Shown here: positions 54,164-63,902 of the stretch, one piece after another | How positions within the stretch are numbered: position 1 is the stretch's first letter | Layout of the letters: every line of letters begins with the position of its first letter | NCBI GenBank assembly: GCA_020854055.1 | Contig: JADZGD010000011.1 | Span: 17,752 to 81,751, forward strand | Source: Bryobacterales bacterium | GTDB taxonomy: Bacteria; Acidobacteriota; Terriglobia; Bryobacterales; Bryobacteraceae | Length of the DNA: 64,000 bases | Reading direction: 5' to 3' | Notes under the pieces: generated by a model | What the model was told of the DNA's origin: nothing | Databases searched by the model: none | What the model saw: only the letters and a program-made list of their open reading frames with translations | Position numbers and translations under genes: made by a program

Positions 54164-57100
54164 CCGGCTCCTTCTGCTACCACTCTATCCGGCCCGTGAG
54201 CTGAATGATGCGAGGATCATTTGCCTGCGTGCTCATGTTGATCAGACCGGTGGTCGTATTGGGATTGTTGTTGTTCGGGTGGTTGAAGGCATTGAAGAAG
54301 TCACCCGTAAGGCGAAGCTTGATCCGCTCGGTGATATTGAAGTACTTAAACACCGAGAGATCCTCGCTCCAGGCGCGCGGACCGAGAATGGAGTTCTTCG
54401 GGTTCCAAGTGAAGTTATCGGTAACCGCCGCATTCACAACCGATCCATCGGCCAGTTTTACCTGCACCTGGTTGTTGTACGCAGTACCGTTGGAGCTTAC
54501 CGGATGGATGGCGCGCTGCCCCCGGTCCAGCGGCACCAACGCCTGAAGTCTGCCCTGGTCGACGCCTTTGGCCAGCGTGGGATCGAAATCACCTTTGAAG
54601 TACAATATCGAGTCGACGCCGGAGTACTTGAAACGCATCTGCTGGCCGGAGTCGAGGTGCGGGTCAGACCAGACATAGTTGGCCGGGTTCAGCCAGTTGC
54701 CGCTTTGCCAGTAGCCGATGAAAGCGATCTGCCACCCTCCGATGATCGAATCGACCAGTTTGCTGGCACCATCGCCCCACTTCTTGCCCTTGCCGAACGG
54801 CAAGTCATACACGCCATTCCACTTCAACTGGTGTGGAGGAATGGCCGCCGAGTTGTAGTACACCAGGCGCAGCCGCTGATCCATGGTAAGCGAGGGTTGG
54901 CCGAGAATCGTCTTGTTTTCCGGAACCGTGGCCCCATCGGCGCCCGATCCGAATCCATTCGCGTCGGTGGTTGTCAGCGCATGGTTATAGACGTAGAAGG
55001 CCTGGAAACTCAGCCCCTGGGCAAACCGGCGCTGTACCTCCACCTGCGCCGAATTGGAATTGGAGAAGCCGATGTGCGAGATGAGCGTGGCATTCCAGTT
55101 CGGGTTGAAGCGGCGCAGATCGTTACCTGCCGCACCGGGTTTAATGTTCAGACCGGTGCGCGTCATGTAATTAAACGCCGACTCCGGCGTGTTCCAGCCT
55201 ACCCGCTGCTCGAGATTGCTGCCGTGGGTACCGATGTAGCTCAACCGCAGAGAGGTCTCTTTCATGATCTCCCGCTCGATGTTGAACGTCCACTGCTGCA
55301 TGCGGTCATCGGCCCAATTCTTCGGATCCATCACCACCATCGGCCGCGAAGTGGATGGAATCCCGGCGATTCCGGTGGTGTCGATCTGCACGTTCGGCAT
55401 ATAGTCGCTGCTGGAGGGTGCGTTCAACAGCGCATAGTTGGGCACGTTTCCATTCCGGTCTACCGGATTATTGGAGAAGACCAGGTTCAGCGGAGAGCTC
55501 GTCCGGCTGATCTGAAGAATCTGCGATAGCGGCATCGGCCAGTAATACATGCCATAGCCGGCGCGAATCACCGTCTTCTCGTTGATGCGATAGGCCAGGC
55601 TGAGGCGTGGTCCAAAATCCTTCCAAGCAGTGTCCATCAACGCTCCGGGAAACCCCGCCTGCTCCGCCGTGGTCCAACTGAGGCCACGTATCCTCCAGCT
55701 ATCAAGAACGCCGGATGGGACGCCCGGCATCTGGTCGATCGAGGTCGAGTAAGGGCTGATCACCTGGAACGCCGTGGGGTTGTTCATATCGATGGTCGCC
55801 AGCCGGTTGTATTTCTCCTTGTAAGGAGTCCAGTGATCCCATCGAAGCCCGAGCCCCAGGGTCAGCTTCGGTGTAACCTTCCAGGTGTCGTTGAAATAGA
55901 GGCCCAACTCCTTCTGCTGGAAGTAGAAGTAACCCCGGTTGTACTGATTGTTCAGGCTGGCCGGCAGTCCCATCAGCAGATCGGCGAACCCCGAACCGGT
56001 GTAAGGCGTCGAGTTCTGAGCCAGCGGATCGTAGAGCGACGTCCAGGCGGAATAGAAGCTGTGGCTTCCCTGAGCCTGTTGCATTTCACGAATGTTGTTA
56101 CGTTCCAACCGGCCTTTGAAGCCCATCTGGAGGTTATGCTTCCCTTTCACCCAGGTGACGTTGTCTTCAATGTTGAAGGCCGTGAGCATCTGGTTCTTGC
56201 GGTTGTCCCCATCCCAGCCGCCGCCATAGAGAAAGCCGCCGGCATCGGTGTATATACTGGGCCAGCCGGTTACTCCGAATGGATTCGGGAAGCCAAGCTT
56301 GTTCGCCCAACTCACGTTGTCGCCGAGCGTACCCGAATCGCCGGCATTGCGGCTGAAACTGAGCAACAGTTCGTTGATCAGAGTGGGGGTGAAGACGTGG
56401 GTCTCGCGGAGCGTAGCGGAGTAATTCATGTAGTTCTGCCGCGACGACCCGCCGCAATCGGTGCAACCCACGGCCGGAAAGCCGAACACACCACCGTACA
56501 CCGCGCTGAACCTCGGTGATTGGGTATAGCGGCCAGAGAGCGTATCCTTGTCGGAGATCGTGTGGTCTCCCTTGAACGTGATCGAGTGCGTATTGGTGAT
56601 CGACGGGTAGTACGTCCGGAAATTGTGCGTCAACCATGGATTCTGATCCAGGTTGAAGTTGGGAACGGGCGAGATGCTCTGCATCACCTTGGCGACATTA
56701 TTGATCCGCCCGCCCGGAATCGCGTTACCCGGAAACGGGGAGCGCGCGCCGTCGGCGCCGGTGGTCAGCGGATCGTAAATCGTGTACCTGTTGCTGCTGG
56801 AATCGGTCATATTGCTCAAATCACCGTTCCACATGGCCGGGGTGAAGGCGCTCGCTTCGGCGTAGGAGTTCTGGCGCTGCTTGAGATACTCCAGGTCCAT
56901 GAACCAGAACGTCCGGTTCTTGCCGTTATAGATCTTGGGTAACAGCACCGGTCCGCCGGCGAAAAATCCAAATTCGTTGCGAATCAGTTTCGCCGCGTCG
57001 CCCCGGACGTCCTGCCGGGCGCGCGACCGCAATCCAGCCGCGTTGCTGCGAAACGTTTCGAACGCCGCGCCGTGAAAGTCGTTCGTTCCGCTGCGGGTAA

Positions 57101-58005
57101 CCAGCGAAACGGTGGCCGGCCGCGAAAACTGCGCGCCGGAGGCGGCTGTTTCAATACGAAATTCCTGAACCGTGTCCAGACCGGGTTGCACGCGCGACAT
57201 GCCGCCGCCAAACCGGTCCACCATCGATGCGCCATCCAGCAGCATCTCGGTGGCGCCTACCTTCATGCCGTTGGTACGGGGATTGCCGCCTCCCACCACG
57301 CCCGGCGTCAGGTCGAACAGTGTGGTCACCTGCCGTCCGTTCAGCGGCAGGTTATGAATGCGAAGCGCATCCTTGATGTCACCTACCTGGGCGCCCTCGG
57401 TTGTGATGGTCGGGGCCGCGCCGGTCACTTCCATCGTATTTTCCACACTGCCGACCTCCAGCACGGGATCGATGCTGAGGGTCTGCCCGGCGGCCAGCGT
57501 GAATTCACTCTCCCATTTCTTGAAACCCGATGCGCTGACCGACATCCGGTAGGGTCCGACGGCAACGCTCGGAATGACGTAGATACCCGCTTCGTTGGAC
57601 ACCGTACTGCGGGTGGTCCCTGTCCCGGTGTTGCTGATAGTTACCTGCGCTCCCGGCATCACCGCCTTGCTCGAGTCATGTACTGTACCGCGGATCACAC
57701 CCAATCCGGTCTGAGCCACGAGTGGGACACCAGCAAACGTGAATAAGATTACAAGCTTTCTTGCTACTGGAAAAAAACTTGCCGCTTCCATCGCGATCAA
57801 CTCCCTTCTGCAATTGAGATTTGGGACCGTAGCGATGGCCATACACCTCCTGCTAAACCATTGCTACCATGCCCAAAAACTTAACAAAAACGTCAAAACA
57901 CCGCCTTGGCGGCGAAACCACCTGACACGGCTAGTAGATCATACTTCCTTGCGATTGTACAGAAAGAGTCATTGTAAAATAACTTACTTGTAGGATTCAT
58001 TACGG
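54000..58005. repeat. tandem segmental duplication, unit 2 (relic lipoprotein 5' end + TBDR-B + upstream region)
   Basis: See unit 1. In the 60-nt line I compared base by base (50101.. vs 54208..), 7 of 60 positions differ. Confidence 0.8.
54177..57791 (-). CDS. TonB-dependent receptor with carboxypeptidase-regulatory-like N-terminal domain (paralog B)
   Basis: Collinear with paralog A over the full length (same signal, CarboxypepD_reg, plug and barrel motifs). Ends ...IIQLTGRIEW. Confidence 0.9.
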   Translation of the reverse strand: MEAASFFPVARKLVILFTFAGVPLVAQTGLGVIRGTVHDSSKAVMPGAQVTISNTGTGTTRSTVSNEAGIYVIPSVAVGPYRMSVSASGFKKWESEFTLAAGQTLSIDPVLEVGSVENTMEVTGAAPTITTEGAQVGDIKDALRIHNLPLNGRQVTTLFDLTPGVVGGGNPRTNGMKVGATEMLLDGASMVDRFGGGMSRVQPGLDTVQEFRIETAASGAQFSRPATVSLVTRSGTNDFHGAAFETFRSNAAGLRSRARQDVRGDAAKLIRNEFGFFAGGPVLLPKIYNGKNRTFWFMDLEYLKQRQNSYAEASAFTPAMWNGDLSNMTDSSSNRYTIYDPLTTGADGARSPFPGNAIPGGRINNVAKVMQSISPVPNFNLDQNPWLTHNFRTYYPSITNTHSITFKGDHTISDKDTLSGRYTQSPRFSAVYGGVFGFPAVGCTDCGGSSRQNYMNYSATLRETHVFTPTLINELLLSFSRNAGDSGTLGDNVSWANKLGFPNPFGVTGWPSIYTDAGGFLYGGGWDGDNRKNQMLTAFNIEDNVTWVKGKHNLQMGFKGRLERNNIREMQQAQGSHSFYSAWTSLYDPLAQNSTPYTGSGFADLLMGLPASLNNQYNRGYFYFQQKELGLYFNDTWKVTPKLTLGLGLRWDHWTPYKEKYNRLATIDMNNPTAFQVISPYSTSIDQMPGVPSGVLDSWRIRGLSWTTAEQAGFPGALMDTAWKDFGPRLSLAYRINEKTVIRAGYGMYYWPMPLSQILQISRTSSPLNLVFSNNPVDRNGNVPNYALLNAPSSSDYMPNVQIDTTGIAGIPSTSRPMVVMDPKNWADDRMQQWTFNIEREIMKETSLRLSYIGTHGSNLEQRVGWNTPESAFNYMTRTGLNIKPGAAGNDLRRFNPNWNATLISHIGFSNSNSAQVEVQRRFAQGLSFQAFYVYNHALTTTDANGFGSGADGATVPENKTILGQPSLTMDQRLRLVYYNSAAIPPHQLKWNGVYDLPFGKGKKWGDGASKLVDSIIGGWQIAFIGYWQSGNWLNPANYVWSDPHLDSGQQMRFKYSGVDSILYFKGDFDPTLAKGVDQGRLQALVPLDRGQRAIHPVSSNGTAYNNQVQVKLADGSVVNAAVTDNFTWNPKNSILGPRAWSEDLSVFKYFNITERIKLRLTGDFFNAFNHPNNNNPNTTTGLINMSTQANDPRIIQLTGRIEW

Positions 58006-58083
58006 GATGGAGCTCCAGCCCGCCGCTCGGCGGATGTCGAGGGTCTTGCCCTGAGCCGGGTCAATGTCCGATTGGCGGAATAA

Positions 58084-58104
58084 GCCGCCCGCGTGGTGGG
58101 CGGC
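58084..58104 (-). terminator. candidate intrinsic terminator downstream of the 58134..60260 hydrolase gene
   Basis: 7-bp GC stem GCCGCCC / GGGCGGC with a 7-nt loop, 30 nt past the stop. On the minus strand it is followed by TTATTCC, which is only a weak U tract. Confidence 0.3.
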
Positions 58105-58133
58105 CTGGCGCGTCGAACCCTCTGGTACGGGCT

Positions 58134-60260
58134 CTAAAGCGCAGAGAGCAGCGCGGGGAGGAAGGTAGAGAACGGCTCATCCTCGCCATCGCGCACGCTG
58201 ACACGCACATTCGCAACCTGAGCGTAGGCGCGCTCGGCCTCCGCTTGTGACATTGGCTGGCCAAGCGGATTCACCGGGTTGGTCAGATCAATCCGGCACG
58301 GGGCGAGAGCAGCGGCGACGTCCGGCAAATCGAAGTGAGCCATTGCGCCCGGGACGATCTGCTCGGGCGCGTCCTGGTTCAACCGTGCGTCGATCACCGC
58401 CTGGTAGGACACCAGCATACCCTCCAGGATCAGGCGTTTCATTCGACTGTCAAATAACGCCCCAAACACCATCGGCACGGCGGCGGTTCCCACCCCTACA
58501 CCAGTAATGCGGGAGGAATCCACCTCCGGCCGCGAAACCAGGTAGCGAACTGCGCAAACCAGGTCGCGGGCGCGCATGCCGGGCAGCGTCTTCCCCACCA
58601 GCCAGGCGGTGGCGGCGCTATCGTAATCGCCAAAAGCCCGTGACCAGGAGCCACCTTCGGGCTTCGGCCGCGTCTCGCCATAGCCGCGCAGATCGACTGC
58701 CAGTACCACCGCCCCTTTTTCCACCAGGTGTTCGGAGACACCGGCGGCCGAAGATTTGCCCGCCGCATCCGCGATCAACACCGCCGGATGGCGTCCTTCA
58801 CCCGGAGGCAGAAACAGCAGCGCCGGAACCTGGATGCCCGATTCACTTTCAATCGCCAATTTTTCCACCCTCGATCGCGGGCGCGAGACGACGCCGAAGC
58901 CGGTCACCGCGGGCACGGCTGCCGCCGGCGCTTCGTAGCGGGACAGTTCAGCTACCGCGCGGCGCAACTCGTCCGCGCCTGCCTTGCGATGCGGCCGTTG
59001 AGCCGCCACGCGCCGGCGGATAATGGAGTGCGCGTCAATGCCGTTGGGAAACGAAGTCGCCACCTGGCCGGTCGGCGTACACTGCAACTGCTCGGGGCTT
59101 TCGAGTTCCACCGGCGCCTCGGGGGACGTGTCTTCGGCGCCCTTCAGCCACCGTGTCAGCCAGCGGTAACCGGCCAGGCGGCGCTGCGGGTTGTAGCCGT
59201 GCCCGTCGTCCCACTCAAACATCGACACCTTATCCGCGGCCCCCAGGCGGGTGAACGTCTCTTTGACCTCGCGATAGGAGGCGCGGGCGCCCAATATCGG
59301 AAAGAAGTCGCGGATGGCCGAGAGGATGATGAACGGATTGGTTCCATGCGCGTAGAGATAGTCCGGGTAATCAAAACCGTCGGCCAGAAACCAGGGGAAG
59401 ATCTGTTCGGCGTCCTGCGGCCCGATCGACTCCAGCATCCGCGTCCACGACGTGATGTAGCAGGACGCCGCCGACACCTTGATCCGGTCATCCAGCGCCG
59501 ATAAATAGGACGTATGGGTGCCTCCGCCCGAGTTGCCGGTGCAACCGATTCGGTTGGAATCCACCTCCGGGCGCGATACCAGGTAGTCCAGCGCGCGGAT
59601 TCCGTCCCAGATGGTGAACGAGGCGGTGGTGGCGCCGGCCAGCAGGCACTTCTGGCCGAGCATGGTGTGTTCGATGGTTGAAGCGCGCGCCTTGGAGTCG
59701 TCGAGATCGGGATCGTAGTACTGGATCCGCTCCCCCTGTCCGATCGGATCCCAGGTGAGACACACAAAACCTCGCCGTGCCAGGCTCACCAGGCAGCGCT
59801 GCCATGCGTGGTGGCTCTTGGCGCCGGGTTCGTGCCCCAGCGGGAACAGTACCCCGGGATAGGGCGCTGAACCGCTCTTGGGAAGATACAGATTGGCGGT
59901 GACATAGAACCCCGGAAGGCTTTCAAAGATGACCTTCTCAATGCGATGATCGTTCCGCTCGACCGTGCCGGTAATCCGGGCATTCAGCGGCGTACGCTCC
60001 GGTTCGCCGCCCAGCACGCTCCAGATACGCTCACGGAAATAGCGGCGGCGCCGGGCCAGGTCCGCTTCGGTATGAATCTGCTCGATCTTTTTCCGCCTGG
60101 AGGCAAGCAATTCCGCGGCCCGGCCCTTCAAATAGGCCGGCAGCATCCCATGAACATCGCGGAAGACCGACGAGTACTCGAGAAATTCCCAACTGCCGGC
60201 GCTGCGTTGCGCAGCCAGTGGGGAGGCCAGCAGCAACTGCAGAAAAGTAGTGCGTTTCAT
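58134..60260 (-). CDS. secreted tandem alpha/beta-hydrolase protein (acetyl-xylan-esterase-like N-half; second half lacks the nucleophile Ser)
   Basis: Signal MKRTTFLQLLLASPLAAQ. N-half ...WDPIGQGERIQYY...DYLVSRPEVDSNRIGCTGNSGGGTH (GxSxG). C-half repeats RYLVSRPEVDSSRITGVGVGTAAV, where the elbow reads G-V-G-T-A. Confidence 0.85.
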   Translation of the reverse strand: MKRTTFLQLLLASPLAAQRSAGSWEFLEYSSVFRDVHGMLPAYLKGRAAELLASRRKKIEQIHTEADLARRRRYFRERIWSVLGGEPERTPLNARITGTVERNDHRIEKVIFESLPGFYVTANLYLPKSGSAPYPGVLFPLGHEPGAKSHHAWQRCLVSLARRGFVCLTWDPIGQGERIQYYDPDLDDSKARASTIEHTMLGQKCLLAGATTASFTIWDGIRALDYLVSRPEVDSNRIGCTGNSGGGTHTSYLSALDDRIKVSAASCYITSWTRMLESIGPQDAEQIFPWFLADGFDYPDYLYAHGTNPFIILSAIRDFFPILGARASYREVKETFTRLGAADKVSMFEWDDGHGYNPQRRLAGYRWLTRWLKGAEDTSPEAPVELESPEQLQCTPTGQVATSFPNGIDAHSIIRRRVAAQRPHRKAGADELRRAVAELSRYEAPAAAVPAVTGFGVVSRPRSRVEKLAIESESGIQVPALLFLPPGEGRHPAVLIADAAGKSSAAGVSEHLVEKGAVVLAVDLRGYGETRPKPEGGSWSRAFGDYDSAATAWLVGKTLPGMRARDLVCAVRYLVSRPEVDSSRITGVGVGTAAVPMVFGALFDSRMKRLILEGMLVSYQAVIDARLNQDAPEQIVPGAMAHFDLPDVAAALAPCRIDLTNPVNPLGQPMSQAEAERAYAQVANVRVSVRDGEDEPFSTFLPALLSAL

Positions 60261-60300
60261 AACATTTCCGGTTGCAGCCAGTATACGACGCCGGCCCAGG

Positions 60301-61317
60301 TCAGGCGACGCGGGAAGCGACGACGATGGACAGGATCAGGACGGCGATCGCGGACCACTCCAGCCGCTTGGCTCTCGGTCCGGCATGCTTCCATTCGCCG
60401 GCCACGAAGCCGAGGAAATTGGCCGTCAGAATCACCGTGGACATGAATGCCGGCCAGCCCACTACGGCGCCCAACTGCCCCATGGCCGCCGCTCCCATGC
60501 CATAGATGCTGAGACCGCCGAACCAGAGCAACCCCATCAGGCTGGCGCCAGCCCAGGCAGCCGGGCTTGCCTTGGCCCCCCGGTAGAGCGCCCAGCTACG
60601 ATTCTTGTTCAGCAAATAGATAGAGTACCCGGCGTTGGCCAGAAACCCGCCCAGCAGCGCCGGCGCCCAGATGGTATTGGCGGCGAAACTGGCCCCGGCG
60701 CCGTGGGCAGCCCCAGCCGCCTGCAGCGGTTGGCCGAACACGAAGCCGATGTTCAGCATCGGCGAAAGAATGCCCGACAGAATGCTCACCACCAGGCCGC
60801 TGACGAATTTGTTCTTGGGCGGAGTACCCTTGCTATGCGCATCGCGGTCGCGCTGCGCCCCGGCCATCGAGCACAGTATGATGCCCAGCACCGCGATGGC
60901 AATGCTGGCCAGCAGCGTCTTGCCGCGGGCGGTGCCGATGACTCCCGGATCGAAAATCACCAGCGGAAGCAACGAACCGACACTGCTGGTGATGCCAAGA
61001 ATAATGGCAAATCCCAGCGCCATTCCGATCCGGCTGATGGCCTGGCCGAACAGTACCGACCCGGTCCCCCAACCGAGACCGAACAGCGCCACAAGCCACA
61101 GCATTCCCGGGGAGGCCTGCCGGTAGATCTCACCCAGTCCGGGAACGGTGAGCATGGCCAACAATGGCGGCAAAACCACCAGTCCGGCCACCGAATAGAT
61201 GAGCCAGATGTTTTCCCAGGCCCAAACCCGCTCCAGTTTCTTCATCGGCAGGGCGAAGCTGCCGTGAAACAGGCCGCCGAAAACAACAGTCAGAAGACCA
61301 AGTACGGGTGGTTCCAC
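60301..61317 (-). CDS. rhaT: L-rhamnose/H+ symporter RhaT family transporter
   Basis: HGSFALPMKKLERVWAWENIWLIYSVAGLVVLP parallels the E. coli RhaT N-terminus (FYAPFKKVKKWSWETMW, from memory). About 10 TM segments and about 340 aa. Confidence 0.8.
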   Translation of the reverse strand: MEPPVLGLLTVVFGGLFHGSFALPMKKLERVWAWENIWLIYSVAGLVVLPPLLAMLTVPGLGEIYRQASPGMLWLVALFGLGWGTGSVLFGQAISRIGMALGFAIILGITSSVGSLLPLVIFDPGVIGTARGKTLLASIAIAVLGIILCSMAGAQRDRDAHSKGTPPKNKFVSGLVVSILSGILSPMLNIGFVFGQPLQAAGAAHGAGASFAANTIWAPALLGGFLANAGYSIYLLNKNRSWALYRGAKASPAAWAGASLMGLLWFGGLSIYGMGAAAMGQLGAVVGWPAFMSTVILTANFLGFVAGEWKHAGPRAKRLEWSAIAVLILSIVVASRVA

Positions 61318-61387
61318 CAGAAACCGCCTTTCAGACCGGGAGCTCCGGAAAAATCGAGAATCCTATCGTACCCCAGCGCGCACCCGG

Positions 61388-62656
61388 CTAGACAAACACG
61401 TTCCACGGCGCGCGTTGTTCACGCCGAAGCATCCTGGACGCCTCGGCATCGCCGATGATGGTCTCTTTCACCGGATCCCACCGGATCTTCCGTCCGGTGC
61501 GGACGGCGATGTTCGACATGTGGCTGATCAGGTCCGAGCGGAGGGCCGAATCGATGGGACTCTCAGGCGCCTCCCTGCGCCGGATGGCGTTGACAAAGTT
61601 GAGCAGATGGTTCTCGCCCATATTGTTGAACGGAGTCTTGGCAAAACCCGAGACCAGAGACTCCGGACTCGACGAGATGGCCGTCCGGCTGATGCGCACC
61701 CAACCGTCCGCGCCATGGAAAGTGGTGGAATCGGGACCGGTCTTAAAGCTCATGGCCGTCCCATTAGCGTAGCGGCAGCGCACCTCCCAGTGCATCACCG
61801 TATCGAAAAGGCCTTCGGTGGGAATCAGGCCCGTGCCCTCATACTCCACCGGCACGGCGGGAACGGGCAGCGCCCAATCGAGCACGTCGAGCGGATGAGC
61901 CCCCCAACCGCCCAGAAACCCGATGCTGTAGTCGGTGATGTGGTAGTGGCCGGGAGTCACACAGCGGGCCGGCTGAAATTCCCGCGCCGGCGCGGGGCCC
62001 TGCCAGATCTCCCAATCGAGGCCGTCCGGAATCGGCGCCGTGGCCTTCGATCCGCCCGGTTCACCCGTTGGCGCGACCACCTCGATCTCGTGGATCTTGC
62101 CGATCCGCCCGCTGCGTACCACTTCGCAGCCACGGCGTACATGCTCCGCTCCGCGCTGCTGTGTGCCGTACTGGAAGACGCGGCCGGTTTCCTTCAGCAC
62201 CTTGCGAGCCAGCAGGTTCTCCTCCACGGTGGGACTGAGCGGCTTTTCCACGTACACATCCTTACCGGCCCGGGCAGCGGCAATCATGATGGGGACATGC
62301 CAGTGGTCGGGTGTGGCGATGCAGACCCCGTCGATGTCCTTGCGCCGCAGCAGTTCCCGAAAGTCGTTGTACATGGCGACGCCTTTGAAGCCGGCCGAAC
62401 CGTTGCGCTTGGCATAGGAGTCCTCAATCTGTTTGGCGCGCTTTTCGCGGCGATCGCGAAACGGATCGCAAACAGCGACACACTGGCAATCGGCATGAAC
62501 CAGGGCGTTCCTGATCAACCCATCGCCGCCACGGCCTCCGGTGCCAATAAAACCAAGAGTCACGCGGTCGCTGGCGGGTGGCGCCACGCCCCGGCCAAGC
62601 GCCGTGCCGGTAATGATTACGGGCGCGGCGGACTTCAGAAAGCTGCGTCTGTCCAT
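61388..62656 (-). CDS. Tat-signal Gfo/Idh/MocA family oxidoreductase
   Basis: MDRRSFLKSAAPVIITGTALG. Rossmann TLGFIGTGGRG. VYVEKP motif. Confidence 0.85.
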   Translation of the reverse strand: MDRRSFLKSAAPVIITGTALGRGVAPPASDRVTLGFIGTGGRGGDGLIRNALVHADCQCVAVCDPFRDRREKRAKQIEDSYAKRNGSAGFKGVAMYNDFRELLRRKDIDGVCIATPDHWHVPIMIAAARAGKDVYVEKPLSPTVEENLLARKVLKETGRVFQYGTQQRGAEHVRRGCEVVRSGRIGKIHEIEVVAPTGEPGGSKATAPIPDGLDWEIWQGPAPAREFQPARCVTPGHYHITDYSIGFLGGWGAHPLDVLDWALPVPAVPVEYEGTGLIPTEGLFDTVMHWEVRCRYANGTAMSFKTGPDSTTFHGADGWVRISRTAISSSPESLVSGFAKTPFNNMGENHLLNFVNAIRRREAPESPIDSALRSDLISHMSNIAVRTGRKIRWDPVKETIIGDAEASRMLRREQRAPWNVFV

Positions 62657-62738
62657 GCGGAATTCCTCCCCTCAAATTGAATCACACCCCGGAACACTCC
62701 GCCGAAGCGGCCCCAATCAGCTACAATTGCGTGCTGGT

Positions 62739-63848
62739 ATGGGCAGACATATTCTATACGTTATTTGCCTTCTCGGCGGCCTGGCGCCGGCACAGACGCC
62801 GCAGATGAAGTACGGCGTGCCGGTGAAGGCCGGCCCCATGGACTCGGTATTGCTAAAGGATTACGAGCCGGAGTCATCCGTCGTGGTGCCCCAGACGCAG
62901 GTCGAAAAAGCCCGTTTCCCGGTAATCGACGTCCACACCCACGACGACATGAGCGAAATCAAGTCGCCGCACGACGTGGTCCGCTGGTTGAAGACATTAG
63001 ATGACACCGGTGTTGCCATGGCGGTTGTATTCATCGATGGAACCGGCGACACCTTTGCCCGCAAGGCCAAATGGTTTCTGGCCTACCCGGACCGTTTCCA
63101 GGTCTGGTGCGGACTCGAGACCCGGGACTTCGACAAACCTGGCTACTCCACACGTGCCGTAGCCGCCCTGGAGCAGTGCTACCGCGACGGAGCCCGCGGG
63201 GTGGGTGAGATCTCCGACAAAGGCTGGGGGATCCAGGATGAAAAGCGCCCCCCGGGACAGCGGCTGCACATTGACGACCCGCGCCTCGACCCGGTCTGGC
63301 AAAAGTGCGCCACGCTTCACCTCCCGGTGAACATCCACCTGGCGGATCACCCCTCCTGCTTCCGTCCGCTGGGGCCACACCAGGAACGCACCCCGGATTT
63401 CCAGGTCTTTAACCTTTACGGTAAGCCGGTGCCATCCTATGAAGAACTGCTGGCCAAACGCGGCCGCGTGTTGGCGCGAAATCCGAAAACCACGTTCATC
63501 TTCTGCCACCTGAGCAATCAGGGCAACGATCTGGCAGCGCTCCGCACCGACATGGACCGGTACCCGAATCTCTACCTCGATATCGCGGCGCGGGATTACG
63601 AATTGGGCCGGACTCCGCGCGCCGCCGCCCTCTTCCTCGCCCGCTACAGCGACCGCGTCATGTTCGGCACCGATATGGGCGCCGATGCCGAAATGTACCG
63701 TGGCTGGTGGCGTCTGCTCGAAACGGCCGACGAGTATATTCGCGGACGCCTGTGGTGGCGCCAGTACGGACTCGAGTTGCCAGCGCCCCTGCTTGAAAAG
63801 CTCTATCGCAAGAATGCCCAAAGGCTGCTCAACTGGCAACGCCCGTGA
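62739..63848 (+). CDS. secreted amidohydrolase-2 family (TIM-barrel metal-dependent hydrolase) protein
   Basis: Signal MGRHILYVICLLGGLAPAQT. Metal motif FPVIDVHTHD. ...MFGTDMG near the C-terminus. Confidence 0.8.
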   Translation: MGRHILYVICLLGGLAPAQTPQMKYGVPVKAGPMDSVLLKDYEPESSVVVPQTQVEKARFPVIDVHTHDDMSEIKSPHDVVRWLKTLDDTGVAMAVVFIDGTGDTFARKAKWFLAYPDRFQVWCGLETRDFDKPGYSTRAVAALEQCYRDGARGVGEISDKGWGIQDEKRPPGQRLHIDDPRLDPVWQKCATLHLPVNIHLADHPSCFRPLGPHQERTPDFQVFNLYGKPVPSYEELLAKRGRVLARNPKTTFIFCHLSNQGNDLAALRTDMDRYPNLYLDIAARDYELGRTPRAAALFLARYSDRVMFGTDMGADAEMYRGWWRLLETADEYIRGRLWWRQYGLELPAPLLEKLYRKNAQRLLNWQRP

Positions 63849-63902
63849 CACCGGCGCCGGCGGCACACCCGCCCTGCTCCGTTTACAATGTGGTTATCCA
63901 TC

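Noticed and set aside
60250-61458. 402-aa plus-strand ORF
   Set aside because: Antisense to the RhaT-family transporter gene. Arg/Gln/His-rich, with no TM segments or motifs.
61415-62680. 421-aa plus-strand ORF
   Set aside because: Antisense to the Tat-signal Gfo/Idh/MocA oxidoreductase gene.
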